NCBI GenBank assembly: GCA_041946735.1
Contig: JBHGAY010000038.1
Span: 1 to 36,220 of the forward strand
From: Candidatus Eiseniibacteriota bacterium
GTDB taxonomy: Bacteria; Eisenbacteria; RBG-16-71-46; CAIMUX01; VGJL01
Direction of reading: 5' to 3'
Length of the DNA stretch: 36,220 bases
Part shown: one piece after another, positions 10,455-23,346 of the stretch
How the letters are laid out: the number at the start of each line of letters is the position of its first letter
Position numbering within the stretch: the first letter of the stretch is position 1
The notes under the pieces: model-generated
What the model was told of the DNA's origin: nothing
The model's database searches: none
Seen by the model: only the letters and a program-made list of their open reading frames with translations
Position numbers and translations under genes: made by a program

Positions 10455-13151
10455 TTGAGCTCGTCGATTGCTTCCCGGTCTCCGGGCATCGTCCACACGT
10501 TCGGTGGCGTCTTCACCCTTGGCGCTTTCTTCGTCTCCGCGCTCGCCGTCGCCCTCGCTCTCGCGCTCGCTCTCGCCGTGCCGGCCATCTCGGCCGCCGA
10601 GACCGCCTCCGTCGATCCGGGCGGAGAAGCGCAGATCCAGCGAATCCATGCGAGAGGGGGCGAGACGATCGACTCCTTCCTCGACGCGGCCACGCTCCGC
10701 TACACCGGCGAGAGCGTCGATCCGGGGATCGCCCCCGAGGGGGACTACATGGGCTGGCCGGTCTACACGCGCGACGGCGCCCGCGTGATCCTCCCCAATC
10801 GGATGACCGACAACGTCACCTTCTTCGACGCCGCGACGAGGCAGGTCCTCGCGAACGTCCCGGTCGGCCGCTACCCATGCGGCGTCGACGTCTCCAACGA
10901 CTACGCGGTGGTCGCGTGCGTCTTCTCGAACGAGGTCTACGTGATCGACCTCGACGACTACTCGGTCGACGCCGTGATCCCGACCGGCGAGCAGCCCTGG
11001 GTGGTGCGCGTCGCCGCGGACGGCTCGAAGGCATACGTCTCGTGCGACATCGCGAACACCTGCGAGCAGATCGATCTCGCCACCCTGACCCACGGGATCA
11101 CGATCCCGAACTTCCCCGTCGCGCTCCTCGTCTTCACGTTCGGGAGCGAGAACGGAAGGAACAGCGTCGACTTCACGAACTTCGAGTTGACGCCGGACGG
11201 CGGCCAAATCGCGGTCGGGGACTTCGACACCGGCGCGGTCCTGTTTTACGACACGGCGACCGGCGCCTTGGCCCACACGGTCCCCGGCATCTCGGACTGC
11301 GTGCAGGTCGAGTTCTCGGGCGACGGCGGCAAGCTTTGCGCGTTCAGCGACACGAACCCGATCGCCGTCCACCAGATCGACGTCGCCACGCACACGCTCG
11401 CCTCGAGCGTGACCCTGACCGGCTACCAGTTCGGCGCGACCTTCAACATCGGCGTCAATCAGGACGGCTCGAAGGCGTACGTTAGCGTGAGCGGCAACCA
11501 GTCCGCCTTCGTCCGCTTCGCGACGCACGACTTCACGACGATCAGCCAGACCTACTCGGCCTTCTGGATCGGCACATCGCCCGATCATACGAAGGTGATC
11601 AGCGGGCAGTACCGCTTCACGATCCTGTCGTTCGCGACCGAGTCGATCCTCGGCCAGCACGAGGGGAACGCGCAGGCGTTCGGCGCGGTCTCGCCGGTCG
11701 GCTCGCGCGCGGTCGGTCACGATCCGATCCGCAACGAAGGCCTCTACTTCTACGACTACACGACGCCGGGGCCCGGCATGTATCTCGGCAACACGCCGAG
11801 CGGCCAGACGCCCGAAGGGGACTGCCCGCGGCGCGTCGCGATCACGCCCGACGGCTCGAAGGCGGTCGTGACGAACGTGCTCTCCGGCAACGCGACGATC
11901 CTGAACCTCGCGACGAAGGCGGTCGAGGCGATCGTTCCGGTCGGAGGGCGCGCGCAGGACGTCGCGATCACCTCCGACGGTCGCTGGGCGGTCGCCGCGG
12001 GTCTCGAGGCGGACGTCGCGGCGGTCATCGACCTGCAGACGAACACGGTCGTCGCGAACGTGCCGACCGGCACGCGTCCCGGGACGGTCGTGATCTCGCC
12101 CGACAATCAGTACGCCTACGTCGGCAACATCTCCGGCAACACGATCACGGTGATTCGGCTTGCGGGAGCGGCGAGCGTGCCGGAAGCGAACATTTCGTGC
12201 GGCGAGATCGGCGTCGTCTGGGCGAACTACGGGGTGCTGAGCGGGAGCGCGATCAGCCCGGACGGCCGGTGGCTCCTGGTCGCCGCCTCGTTCGACGATC
12301 GCGTGAAGGTGATCGACACGGTGAGCCGGACCGTCGTCGCGAACTTGACGGTCGGCGACTTCCCGCTCGAGATCGCGTTCAACGGCGACGGGCAGTACGC
12401 GATCGTCACGAACTACTTCGGAAACGGGTACACGGTGATGCGGATCGACGGCGCCTCGTCGTCGGTCGTCGGGACGTTCGTGAACGGGCAGGGGGCGCTG
12501 CGCCTCGACTACAACCCGGTCGCCAACCAGACCGGGATCGGCAACTACACGACAAAGAACGTCGTCAACGTGAATCCGGTGACGGGGGCGTTCGTGAACG
12601 CGGTCAGCTTCGCGGCGTACGGGGCGCTCGACAAGGTGCTCTTCGACGAGAACGGCGTGCCGGTCGTGCTCACCGCCTCGGCGACGGGGATCCCGGCGCA
12701 GCTCCACCGCGGGAGCGATCACGTGGAGCTACCGGCCGAACCGTCCTTCTTCGATTACAACGCGGCGGCGCAGCGCGCGGTCGTCACGATGCCGGGTCCC
12801 GACTGGGTGACGATCGTCGACTGGGCGCCGGCGGGGGTCGAGACGGTGACGCTGCCGCTCGATGCGGCCGGATCGCTCGCCGTGCCGCAGCCGAATCCGG
12901 TCCGCGCGGGCGCGGGTGCGCGGACCTCGATCGGCTTCGCGCTCGCGAGGGCGGGCGAGGTCACGATCGAGCTGGTCGATCCGGCGGGACGGTCGATCGC
13001 GCGGCTCGGCAGCGGCTCCTTCGCCGCCGGCCGCCACGAGATCGCGTGGAGCGCGGCGGACGCGGGCGTCGTACCCGGCGTCTACTTCGCCGTGCTGTCG
13101 GTCGACGGGCGGCGGGTCGACAGCGAGAAGCTGCTCGTCGTTCGGGACTGA
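10455..13151 (+). CDS. Secreted YVTN/YncE-type beta-propeller repeat protein with C-terminal FlgD-Ig/T9SS-like domain
   Basis: TTG start after GGAGGAGG; signal peptide; repeated (I/V)P(V/T)G..P..VAITPDG.KA(Y/V)V units; C-terminal PNPV..GVYF..KLLVVRD. Confidence 0.88.
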   Translation: MSSSIASRSPGIVHTFGGVFTLGAFFVSALAVALALALALAVPAISAAETASVDPGGEAQIQRIHARGGETIDSFLDAATLRYTGESVDPGIAPEGDYMGWPVYTRDGARVILPNRMTDNVTFFDAATRQVLANVPVGRYPCGVDVSNDYAVVACVFSNEVYVIDLDDYSVDAVIPTGEQPWVVRVAADGSKAYVSCDIANTCEQIDLATLTHGITIPNFPVALLVFTFGSENGRNSVDFTNFELTPDGGQIAVGDFDTGAVLFYDTATGALAHTVPGISDCVQVEFSGDGGKLCAFSDTNPIAVHQIDVATHTLASSVTLTGYQFGATFNIGVNQDGSKAYVSVSGNQSAFVRFATHDFTTISQTYSAFWIGTSPDHTKVISGQYRFTILSFATESILGQHEGNAQAFGAVSPVGSRAVGHDPIRNEGLYFYDYTTPGPGMYLGNTPSGQTPEGDCPRRVAITPDGSKAVVTNVLSGNATILNLATKAVEAIVPVGGRAQDVAITSDGRWAVAAGLEADVAAVIDLQTNTVVANVPTGTRPGTVVISPDNQYAYVGNISGNTITVIRLAGAASVPEANISCGEIGVVWANYGVLSGSAISPDGRWLLVAASFDDRVKVIDTVSRTVVANLTVGDFPLEIAFNGDGQYAIVTNYFGNGYTVMRIDGASSSVVGTFVNGQGALRLDYNPVANQTGIGNYTTKNVVNVNPVTGAFVNAVSFAAYGALDKVLFDENGVPVVLTASATGIPAQLHRGSDHVELPAEPSFFDYNAAAQRAVVTMPGPDWVTIVDWAPAGVETVTLPLDAAGSLAVPQPNPVRAGAGARTSIGFALARAGEVTIELVDPAGRSIARLGSGSFAAGRHEIAWSAADAGVVPGVYFAVLSVDGRRVDSEKLLVVRD

Positions 13152-13178
13152 AGGCGCGGGGACGGAAACGCCGGGAAC

Positions 13179-13213
13179 GCGGGGCGGCGCCGAGCATCTC
13201 GGAGCCGCCCCGC
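13179..13213. terminator. GC-rich hairpin between convergent genes
   Basis: GCGGGGCGGC-G-CCGAG-CAT-CTCGG-A-GCCGCCCCGC. No U tract. Confidence 0.5.
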
Positions 13214-13216
13214 CTG

Positions 13217-14593
13217 CTACGGGAGGAGCTCCAAGCCCACGGCGAGCGAGACGGTTCGCGAACGGGCTTCGCCGGGCGGGAGCGGGCCGGCCGCGTCGAG
13301 CTTCCAAGTTCCGGCGTCGTGCACGTTCTGCAATCCGTGGGCGTAGTTGAGGGCCGGAAGGAGCTTCACCCGCTCGGAAACCGGCAGCTCGCAGCCGATC
13401 TCGACGCGGAACGCCGCGTCGAAGGCATCGAGGTCGTAGACGGAGCCGTCGCCGAGCGCCGCGAGCTGCGGACCCGCGCCGAGGAAGAGGCGCGCGTTGC
13501 GGCCGATCGACGGCGCATCGACGAAGAACCGGTACAGGAGGGTCGCCGTCGCGTAGTCGAGATCGATCGTGGAGCGGCGTGCGATCGGCGGTATGTCCGG
13601 GACCCACTGCGTCCACTCCACGTCGGCCCGTCGCTGCTGATATCCGAGCAGGATTGCGATCGACTCGGAGCCGCGCGGGTGCGCCACGATCCCGGCTGAC
13701 GCCGAGGGGGCGAATCCTGCATGGACCGTGGACGAGGAGTGCTCCGGCTTCGTGAACCACGACGCGCCTCCTCCGGCTTCGAAGAGGAACGTAAGGGCGC
13801 GGGGGCGGGGGCTGGGGGCGCTGAGCGCCGGTTGCCGCGGTTGCGCTTGCTCGCCGGTCGAGGCCAGCGTTTCTCCGTCCTGCGAAACGGGACGCACACC
13901 GATCTGGAGCGTGAGCTTCCGGATCGAGTCGAAGGAGTCGAGGGTCCCGTCGGCGTCCGGCCACGTCCAGACGCGCGCCGAGTAAGCGAGAGCGGGGGAG
14001 AGGAGAATGTCTCCGGAGCGCAGCTCGCACCCGGCTTCCACCCGGGCGGTGAGCTCCGAGCGGTCGATCAAGCCGACCTCCGGGCCGCCGCCGATGAACG
14101 GGTGGACCCTCCCGGCCGTCCCGCCGAGCGGGAAGAACCGGAAGGCGAGCCGCCCGGAATAGGAGCGGACGAGCTCCGAGCGGCGGGTCGTGTCGCCTCG
14201 CCTCTCGTCGGGCATGTAGATCGGCTCGCTGCGCACGGTCGCGCTCATCTCGTCGTAGGCGAATCCGAGGATCGTCTGGAACGATCCGGTGCCTCCGAAG
14301 AGCGCGCCTGCCAAGCCGTGGAAGCCGACGTGGCCTCGCTCCTCGCCCCTTTCGCCCGAGCGGGAGTAGTTCGCGCCGGACTGCAGGAACCAGGAGCCGG
14401 TGCTGCCCTTGGCGGAGTCGCCCGGCGAGAGGTCGTTGCCCCAGCCGCCGGCGGCGAGGGACGGGCGCGGGCCGGCGGCGATCAGGAGGACGGCCAGGAG
14501 GAGGGCGGCGAGCAGGAGGGCGGCGGATGCGACTAGGAGGCGCCCGGTTCGGACGGGCGGGCGGGGCGGTGACGCGGCGGCCGGCTGCGGCAT
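13217..14593 (-). CDS. Outer-membrane beta-barrel protein with two tandem barrel-like domains
   Basis: Signal peptide and alternating amphipathic strands. Duplicated motifs PFIGGGPEV / LFLGAGPQL and GCEL..LLSPALAY / GCEL..LLPALNY. GGAGG RBS. Confidence 0.7.
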   Translation of the reverse strand: MPQPAAASPPRPPVRTGRLLVASAALLLAALLLAVLLIAAGPRPSLAAGGWGNDLSPGDSAKGSTGSWFLQSGANYSRSGERGEERGHVGFHGLAGALFGGTGSFQTILGFAYDEMSATVRSEPIYMPDERRGDTTRRSELVRSYSGRLAFRFFPLGGTAGRVHPFIGGGPEVGLIDRSELTARVEAGCELRSGDILLSPALAYSARVWTWPDADGTLDSFDSIRKLTLQIGVRPVSQDGETLASTGEQAQPRQPALSAPSPRPRALTFLFEAGGGASWFTKPEHSSSTVHAGFAPSASAGIVAHPRGSESIAILLGYQQRRADVEWTQWVPDIPPIARRSTIDLDYATATLLYRFFVDAPSIGRNARLFLGAGPQLAALGDGSVYDLDAFDAAFRVEIGCELPVSERVKLLPALNYAHGLQNVHDAGTWKLDAAGPLPPGEARSRTVSLAVGLELLP

Positions 14594-14949
14594 GCGGACC
14601 TCCGATTCGGCTTTCGGTTCAGGGTGTGGACTCGCTTCGTTTCTCTTCGCGCGCGTGCTCTTACGCCTCAGCGCTCGCCATGGTTCCGATTCGCTCCGAA
14701 TTGTATCACTCCGGCCGGATCCGCCCGCCGGCTCGGATCTGCCGGACCCGGCGCTTACTTCGCAGCGCCGTCGGTCGACGGACGTCGAGGGACGCCGGAG
14801 GGGCCGAGTAGGCCCGGCGTATCACGCCGGCCGGTCATCCGACTCCTGCGCACGACCCTGTCACGACGGGACCCGCTGCGCTCGGTCCGGCTGCGCCGAT
14901 CCGGCTCTCTCGGTCCGGCTGTCTCCATCCGACCTTCAGGAGGTGCTCC

Positions 14950-15924
14950 TTGCGGCTCTCCCACACCATCCGTCACCGCCCCGTGCACGGCGCGCCCGCC
15001 AGCCGCTCACTCGCCGCCGCGTTCGTGATCGGCGTCGCGTCGTGCTGGTCGGCCGGCGCCGAGGCTACCGTCATTCCGGTCGGCCAGTCGCGCCAGGTCT
15101 CGGCCTTCGCTTTTCTCGATCCGGGACAGGGGCAGGAGCCGCTCCGATGCGACCGGACGATCGAGTCGGTCGAGAGTGGCCTCTTCGCCGACAGCTCCTC
15201 CTGCCACGTGAAGAGCGACAGCAGCTACGTCACGGCCTTGGCGGATCAGTCCTCGATCATCGGCCCCGACGAGATCTCGATCTCGCTCGGCATCTCCGCG
15301 GAAGGGCGGCTCGTTCCACCTGCGGAAGCATCGCTGGGACTCGCTTCCAGCGGCCTCTTGTACGACTTCGACCTCGATGCCCCGACATCCTGCCGGATCG
15401 TTGCCGACGTCCGGGCGGCGGGCGGAGGTGTCGTGGACATCGCCATCCGAGTCCGCCTCGGCGCCTACGTGGTTCGATGGCAGTTCTCGGAGACGGAGGA
15501 AAGTCTGGAGCACGTCGAGGTTCTCCCGCCCGGCGAGTACCAGCTCTCCATCGGCGGCGGCGGGGACGGCGCGACCGGGCCCGGCGGCTCCGGCTCCTCA
15601 CTCGCGGAGGTGGACTGCACGGTGTCCTTCCCGCTCGCGGCATCCACGCCCCTCGAGACGCCGGCGCCTGCCGCGGCCGGTGCGCCCCCCCGCGCGTTCC
15701 CGAACCCGGCGCGCGACTCCGTCACCCTGTCTCCGCCGGATCGTGTCAGCGGCGCGGTGCGCGTGTTCGACGCTTCCGGGCGGCTCGTGCGCGATCTCGA
15801 CCCGGGAACCGCCGCTCCGGTTGTCTGGGACACACGCGACGCGGCCGGCGCGCCTGTCGCCCGCGGCTACTACTTCCTACGATGGGCGAACGCGTCCGTG
15901 CTCAGGATCGCCGTTCTCCGCTAA
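14950..15924 (+). CDS. Secreted protein with C-terminal FlgD-Ig/T9SS-like domain
   Basis: TTG after GGAGG; signal peptide; C-terminal AFPNP..VFDASGRLVRDL..WDTRDAAG..GYYF. Confidence 0.82.
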   Translation: MRLSHTIRHRPVHGAPASRSLAAAFVIGVASCWSAGAEATVIPVGQSRQVSAFAFLDPGQGQEPLRCDRTIESVESGLFADSSSCHVKSDSSYVTALADQSSIIGPDEISISLGISAEGRLVPPAEASLGLASSGLLYDFDLDAPTSCRIVADVRAAGGGVVDIAIRVRLGAYVVRWQFSETEESLEHVEVLPPGEYQLSIGGGGDGATGPGGSGSSLAEVDCTVSFPLAASTPLETPAPAAAGAPPRAFPNPARDSVTLSPPDRVSGAVRVFDASGRLVRDLDPGTAAPVVWDTRDAAGAPVARGYYFLRWANASVLRIAVLR

Positions 15925-15996
15925 CTCGCCGATCGCGCTCGACCGTGAGCCGGGGCAGGCCGGACTGCCCGCGCCGCCCACGCCGAGCGGCCCTAC

Positions 15997-17448
15997 CTAC
16001 GCCGCGCGCCCTCCTTCCCGCTCCGAAAGCAGGCGACGGGTCCACAGGGCCAGCAGGATCGCGGTCGCGAGCAGCAAGGCGCCGCCGGCCTGGTGTGCCG
16101 TCCGGATCACGACCGGGAAGGCCTCATTCGCGCCGTCCCGCTCCGCAATCCCCTTGCCCACGAGCGCACCGATGCCGAGGAGCACCTGGGCGCAGACGAT
16201 CAGCACCATCGACTTGCCGATCCTCCGCAGGAGCGGCTGCGCGGCATGCATCGCCCACGCGCGCACGCCGAGGAACAGCGCCAGCAGGAAGACCAGGCTC
16301 GCCATCGTGATGTGGATCAGGAGCCCCTGCGACAGGTGGCGCTGCACGGCCCCGAGCACGAGCTGGACGAGCAGCATCACGACGAGCGCCGCGGAGAGGC
16401 CTCGATCGGTCGAGGCCGAGGCAGTGTGCAGCACGCGGCGCCCTTCCGACTTCCACGTCGGCGACGTGAACACGGCGAGCGCCACGATCATCGAGAAGAA
16501 GATCTGGCCCAGCACGCCGTGAACGACGGCGAGGCCGAGGCTCGGCGCGGTGTCGGCCGGCGACTGGCTCATCGTGAAGCGCCCGGTCACGCGCAGTCCG
16601 CCGATCAGTCCCTGCAACAGGACGGTGAAAAGCGCGGCGATCGCAAAGCGCTTCAGCCACGCCCGCCGGTCGGCGCGCAAGAGATGGATCGTGAGCACGA
16701 GCGTCGTCAGTCCCACGAGTGAGCCGAACAGACGGTGGGCGTGCTCGTAGTAGACGCCGCCGCTCATGCGCGAGAGCGGGTAGAGGAACATGTTGTAGCC
16801 GAAGGAATTTGGCCAGTCGACGACGGCCAGGCCCGCGCCATGGCTGGTGACGAGGCCGCCGACGATGAGGAGCAGGAACGTCGCGGCGACGGCCACGCCG
16901 GCGAAGAGGGAGGTCCAGTCGGGACGAGCGGCGAGGCGACCCTCCAGCGAAGCGGACGATGCGCGCGCCGCGCCCAGCGCCGCCCCGGCGCCCCCGAGCG
17001 CCATCGCGAGGAGGAACGAGCCCGGCACCCACCAGAGCGCCGATGGAACGAGGTGGCCCGGGGCCGAGCCGGAGAGGAGGCTCCCGAGGATCAGCAGGTT
17101 CAGGAGTGACGAGACGAATCCCGTATAGACGCCCGCGCGCCAGCCACGGCCGGTCGTTCGCCCCGCATAGAAGCCGCCGGCCGCCATGCACCCGAGGAGC
17201 AGGACGACGAGGAGCGAGCTTGGGACCCACACGGGCGGCATGCGTGAGACGTAACCGATCCCCCACATCGCGACGGTCGTTGCGAAGCCGATTGCGAGGA
17301 CGTCGGTCAGTCCCGGTCGAGATTCTGCGCCGGCCGCCGTCCCGGGGCCGGCGCTCGCGCCCGCCCCGCCGGCGCTCGCGCCGCCCGTCCCACGCCGGCC
17401 GCTGTCCTTCGCCGCCCGAGCGGCGGTCGCATCAGCGGATGCCTCCAT
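15997..17448 (-). CDS. ctaA: Heme A synthase (COX15/CtaA family) with N-terminal membrane extension
   Basis: GGLVTSHGAGLAVVDWP, YEHAHRLFG, HGVLGQ, QLVLG, TAHQAGGALL. Divergent from ctaB. ATG 17448 follows GGAGG. Confidence 0.85.
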   Translation of the reverse strand: MEASADATAARAAKDSGRRGTGGASAGGAGASAGPGTAAGAESRPGLTDVLAIGFATTVAMWGIGYVSRMPPVWVPSSLLVVLLLGCMAAGGFYAGRTTGRGWRAGVYTGFVSSLLNLLILGSLLSGSAPGHLVPSALWWVPGSFLLAMALGGAGAALGAARASSASLEGRLAARPDWTSLFAGVAVAATFLLLIVGGLVTSHGAGLAVVDWPNSFGYNMFLYPLSRMSGGVYYEHAHRLFGSLVGLTTLVLTIHLLRADRRAWLKRFAIAALFTVLLQGLIGGLRVTGRFTMSQSPADTAPSLGLAVVHGVLGQIFFSMIVALAVFTSPTWKSEGRRVLHTASASTDRGLSAALVVMLLVQLVLGAVQRHLSQGLLIHITMASLVFLLALFLGVRAWAMHAAQPLLRRIGKSMVLIVCAQVLLGIGALVGKGIAERDGANEAFPVVIRTAHQAGGALLLATAILLALWTRRLLSEREGGRAA

Positions 17449-17558
17449 CTTCCTGATCCTCCCTTCATCCACGGAGCGACTCTTGCCGCGCACGATGCGC
17501 CTTTCCGCGCCGACCGCGCTTGAGGCTCGCCCCACGATCCCCCTAAGATAGCGGGTCC

Positions 17559-20212
<2,654 letters not shown>

Positions 20213-20482
20213 TCATCCGCAACGGAGGCAGCCGCGGAACCCGGGCGCTCCCTGCAAGAAGAGTCGGAGAGGGAGCCCCGCGCGACTGCGTTGTTGGTGA
20301 TCGGCAAGGACCGAGGCTCAGCTCGATGCCGGAATTGTCCTTACCGAATCCTGCCGGAGAAGCGTATCCTCTATTGGCAGTCGAATCCCCAGCAGGTACC
20401 GCCCACGGGCGGATGCGAGATCTCTGTCGGCTTTCTTCCCGCTTGCCGCGGCTTGGGACTATCGAGTCCCGGAGGAGAGGCC

Positions 20483-22732
20483 ATGCTCATCGAGCCGGCC
20501 GTAAGGAATCTTCCCGGTATGCGTCCGTCCGAGCCACTGTCCGTGCGGCTCTTCATCCTGTTCATGGTCAGCTTGATCTCGAGCGCACTCTTGTGCGTAG
20601 TTCCCGCCGGCGCCCAATGCATTGACTGGGCCGGCCATTTGGATGAGCAAGGAGCGGTGCGTCTCCCGGCCGGCCGTGAGGTGGCCGTCGAAGGCGACTA
20701 CGCCTACGTGTCGGGAGCCAGACTGCGCGTCGTCGATCTCTCCAACGCGGACGCTCCCGTGGTGATCCTCGAGGATGCCGGAGTCGGAACGGTTTATGGG
20801 ATCGCCATCTCCGACGGGTATCTGTACGCGGCAAGCGATCTGTTCGGGCTCGCCGTTCTCAGCCTTGCCAATCCGGCGGCACCGGCCCTCGTGGGCTCGG
20901 TCAATCCTCCGGGCTATGGGTGGGGCGTCTGCGCGTCGGGCAACTTCGTCTATATGAGCACCTCCAGCGCTCTGCAGGTGATCGACGTGTCGAACCCGGC
21001 CTCGCCGCACCTCGAAGGTAGCGTCCAGGTCCCCGGCCCCGTGCGCGGTGTCGCCAAGCGCGGTTCGTACGTCTACGCGGCGACGGGCGGCGGGGTGCAG
21101 GCGATCTCGGTCGTGAACCCCGCCTCGCCGTACCTCTCCGGACTCTGCCCGACGCCTGCCGATTGTTTCGCCGTGACCATCTGGGAAGACCGGCTGTGGG
21201 TAACGATGGGACAAGAGGTGGGTGAGATCAGCTTGGCGACGCCAACCGCGCCTGTCCTGCGGGACACGTACGGCTCGAGGTTCTATGTCTATGGGATCGC
21301 ATCGGCCGAAGGCCAGGTCTGGTTCGTGGGCGGTGTCGAGGACGAAGAGCTCGATCTGAACTACGGCGTGCTGCAAATCCTCGACACGACAACGCCCGGC
21401 TCGATGCAGCTCCAGGCGAGCATCGGCCTTCAGTTCAGTTGTGTCGGCCTTGCGCTTCGGCAGCCCATGGCTTTCGTTTGCTCGATCGCCGGGGAGGGTC
21501 TCTTCCACTTGATCGACGGCACGAATCCGGTGACCCCGCCAGTGCTCGGGTCGGCGACCGCTTACGGGCCGGCCGAGGTCATCGTGGAGGGATCGCTCGC
21601 GTACACCGGGGGGCAGGATCGATCACTCAAGATCTACGACATTTCCGATCCGAGCATGCCTGACCTCCTCGGGTCGGCACATGTGGATTGGAACATTGGC
21701 GGTCTCGCTCTCTATCACGCTGGAGGGGAAACCTACGCCTGCGCGGCGGAGCCGTATTACCCCAACGAGATGGAGATCCTCCGCGTCACGGACTCGTCGT
21801 GGCCGCAGGTCGTGGCCAGTCTGCAGATGCCTGGCTATCCGTTCGAGATCGCCGTCCAGGGTAGTTATGCGTACGTTGCCGACGGGACGGATGGGCTGCG
21901 GATCGTAGACCTGACGAACCCCGCGACACCTCAGATCGTGGGACATTGCGCCGTCCCCGGAACAGCGCACGACATCGTCGTCCGGGACTCGTACGCGTAT
22001 GTCGCGGTCATCTCTTTCGGGCTCGTCGTGATCGATGTTTCCGACCCGTCGGCCCCGGCGGTCGTAGGAAGCTTCGAGCCACCGTACGGCTACTTCATGG
22101 GGGTCGATCTTGCGGACTCGATCGTCTACCTCACCTCCGAGTCCACCGGTATCTACGTGATCCGCGTCGCGGACCCGACGGCCCCCGAGCTGCTCCGCAC
22201 CATCCCCACGCTGCCTCACGGCTCCGAGACGCGCGTTCACGGGGGCATTGCGTACTTCGTGAGCACCCAAGGCGGTCTGCAAGTGTTCGATGTGGGCAAC
22301 CCTTGGTCACCGGTGGAGCTAGGGCGGCTCTGGAGTGGAGGAGCGGATGCGGTGGCGCCGGGGGACGAGGTCGTCTGCCTCGCCGGCGAGCATCTGAAGA
22401 TCGTGTCGGCGCAGTGCGCGAGCGCGGACGCCGGCGATCCGATTTCCGGTGGGCCGGCGACCGCGCTGTCCGTGGTACCGAACCCGACGTCCGGCAGCGC
22501 AACGATCCGCTGGCAGCCTCGCGCGGGCGGGGCCGATGCGCCGGTCGAACTCGAGATCTACAATCCTGCGGGTCAGATCGTGCGGTGCCTTCGTGCGACG
22601 GGCGTCGCCGGCCCCGAAATCCTGTGGGACGGGACCGACCAGGCGGGGCGTCGCCTGCCGCAAGGCATCTACCTGGTCCGCGGTCGCGCCGGGGAAGAAA
22701 CCTGGCGCGGTCGGATCGTGCGGATCGACTAG
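20483..22732 (+). CDS. Secreted LVIVD-repeat protein with C-terminal FlgD-Ig domain
   Basis: Repeats of YAYVA..GL.IVD(V/L)S(D/N)P..P; C-terminal VVPNP..WDGTDQAG..GIY. ATG 20483 follows GGAGGAG. Confidence 0.9.
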   Translation: MLIEPAVRNLPGMRPSEPLSVRLFILFMVSLISSALLCVVPAGAQCIDWAGHLDEQGAVRLPAGREVAVEGDYAYVSGARLRVVDLSNADAPVVILEDAGVGTVYGIAISDGYLYAASDLFGLAVLSLANPAAPALVGSVNPPGYGWGVCASGNFVYMSTSSALQVIDVSNPASPHLEGSVQVPGPVRGVAKRGSYVYAATGGGVQAISVVNPASPYLSGLCPTPADCFAVTIWEDRLWVTMGQEVGEISLATPTAPVLRDTYGSRFYVYGIASAEGQVWFVGGVEDEELDLNYGVLQILDTTTPGSMQLQASIGLQFSCVGLALRQPMAFVCSIAGEGLFHLIDGTNPVTPPVLGSATAYGPAEVIVEGSLAYTGGQDRSLKIYDISDPSMPDLLGSAHVDWNIGGLALYHAGGETYACAAEPYYPNEMEILRVTDSSWPQVVASLQMPGYPFEIAVQGSYAYVADGTDGLRIVDLTNPATPQIVGHCAVPGTAHDIVVRDSYAYVAVISFGLVVIDVSDPSAPAVVGSFEPPYGYFMGVDLADSIVYLTSESTGIYVIRVADPTAPELLRTIPTLPHGSETRVHGGIAYFVSTQGGLQVFDVGNPWSPVELGRLWSGGADAVAPGDEVVCLAGEHLKIVSAQCASADAGDPISGGPATALSVVPNPTSGSATIRWQPRAGGADAPVELEIYNPAGQIVRCLRATGVAGPEILWDGTDQAGRRLPQGIYLVRGRAGEETWRGRIVRID

Positions 22733-22891
22733 CGACGAAGGCAAGCTGCGCGCGAGGCCGTCCGCAGCTCGCGGGGCGCAGCCGCTTGCCGCCGAGCCCC
22801 CGCGCGCGGCAATGCCCCGATCTCCTACGGGAGGGATGAGAGCGCCAAGGCTCTCCCCCTCCCGTTTCCGCTTCAGGTCACCGCAAGAGGC

Positions 22892-22920
22892 GGCAGGGGT
22901 GGCAGGGGTGGCAGGGGTGG
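22892..22920. repeat. 9-bp tandem repeat (GGCAGGGGT) x3
   Basis: Exact copies at 22892, 22901, 22910. Confidence 0.85.
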
Positions 22921-23061
22921 AACGGCCGGCCCCGAAGCGGCGGACCGCCATCCATGGTCCCGGCGGAAAGAGAGTAGCGTGGAGGGAAGCGACGGAGCCC
23001 CGACCCTGCCGCCCAGTCAGAACCGAGCGGCGCGAAGGAGGCGGGAGAGGAGGAGCAACCA

Positions 23062-23292
23062 ATGCATCCCTTTTGGAACGGTCCGATGGGATGGGGAGGC
23101 GGATTCCTGATGTGGATCTGGTTCGTGGCCGTCATCGCCCTCATCGTCTGGCTGATCCTGCGATCGGACGGGCAGAGGGCACGGCGCCTCGGTCCGCCCG
23201 AAACGCCCGAGCAGATCGTGAAGCGGCGCTACGCCAGCGGAGAGATCGATCGGGCCGCCTACGAGCGAATGTTGGAGGACCTGCGCAGGTAA
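23062..23292 (+). CDS. Small membrane protein with SHOCT domain
   Basis: Gly-rich N-terminus, one TM helix, then PEQIVKRRYASGEIDRAAYERMLEDL. GAGGAG RBS. Confidence 0.88.
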   Translation: MHPFWNGPMGWGGGFLMWIWFVAVIALIVWLILRSDGQRARRLGPPETPEQIVKRRYASGEIDRAAYERMLEDLRR

Positions 23293-23346
23293 CAGGTGAG
23301 GGCCGGCCGCGCCGGTACCTCGGCCGGGCCTGCACCTCGGGCGCGC

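Noticed and set aside
20316..20327. 12-nt match (ATCGAGCTGAGC, minus strand) to the 43-bp repeat unit
   Set aside because: Short enough to arise by chance in a GC-rich window, and the flanks do not align.
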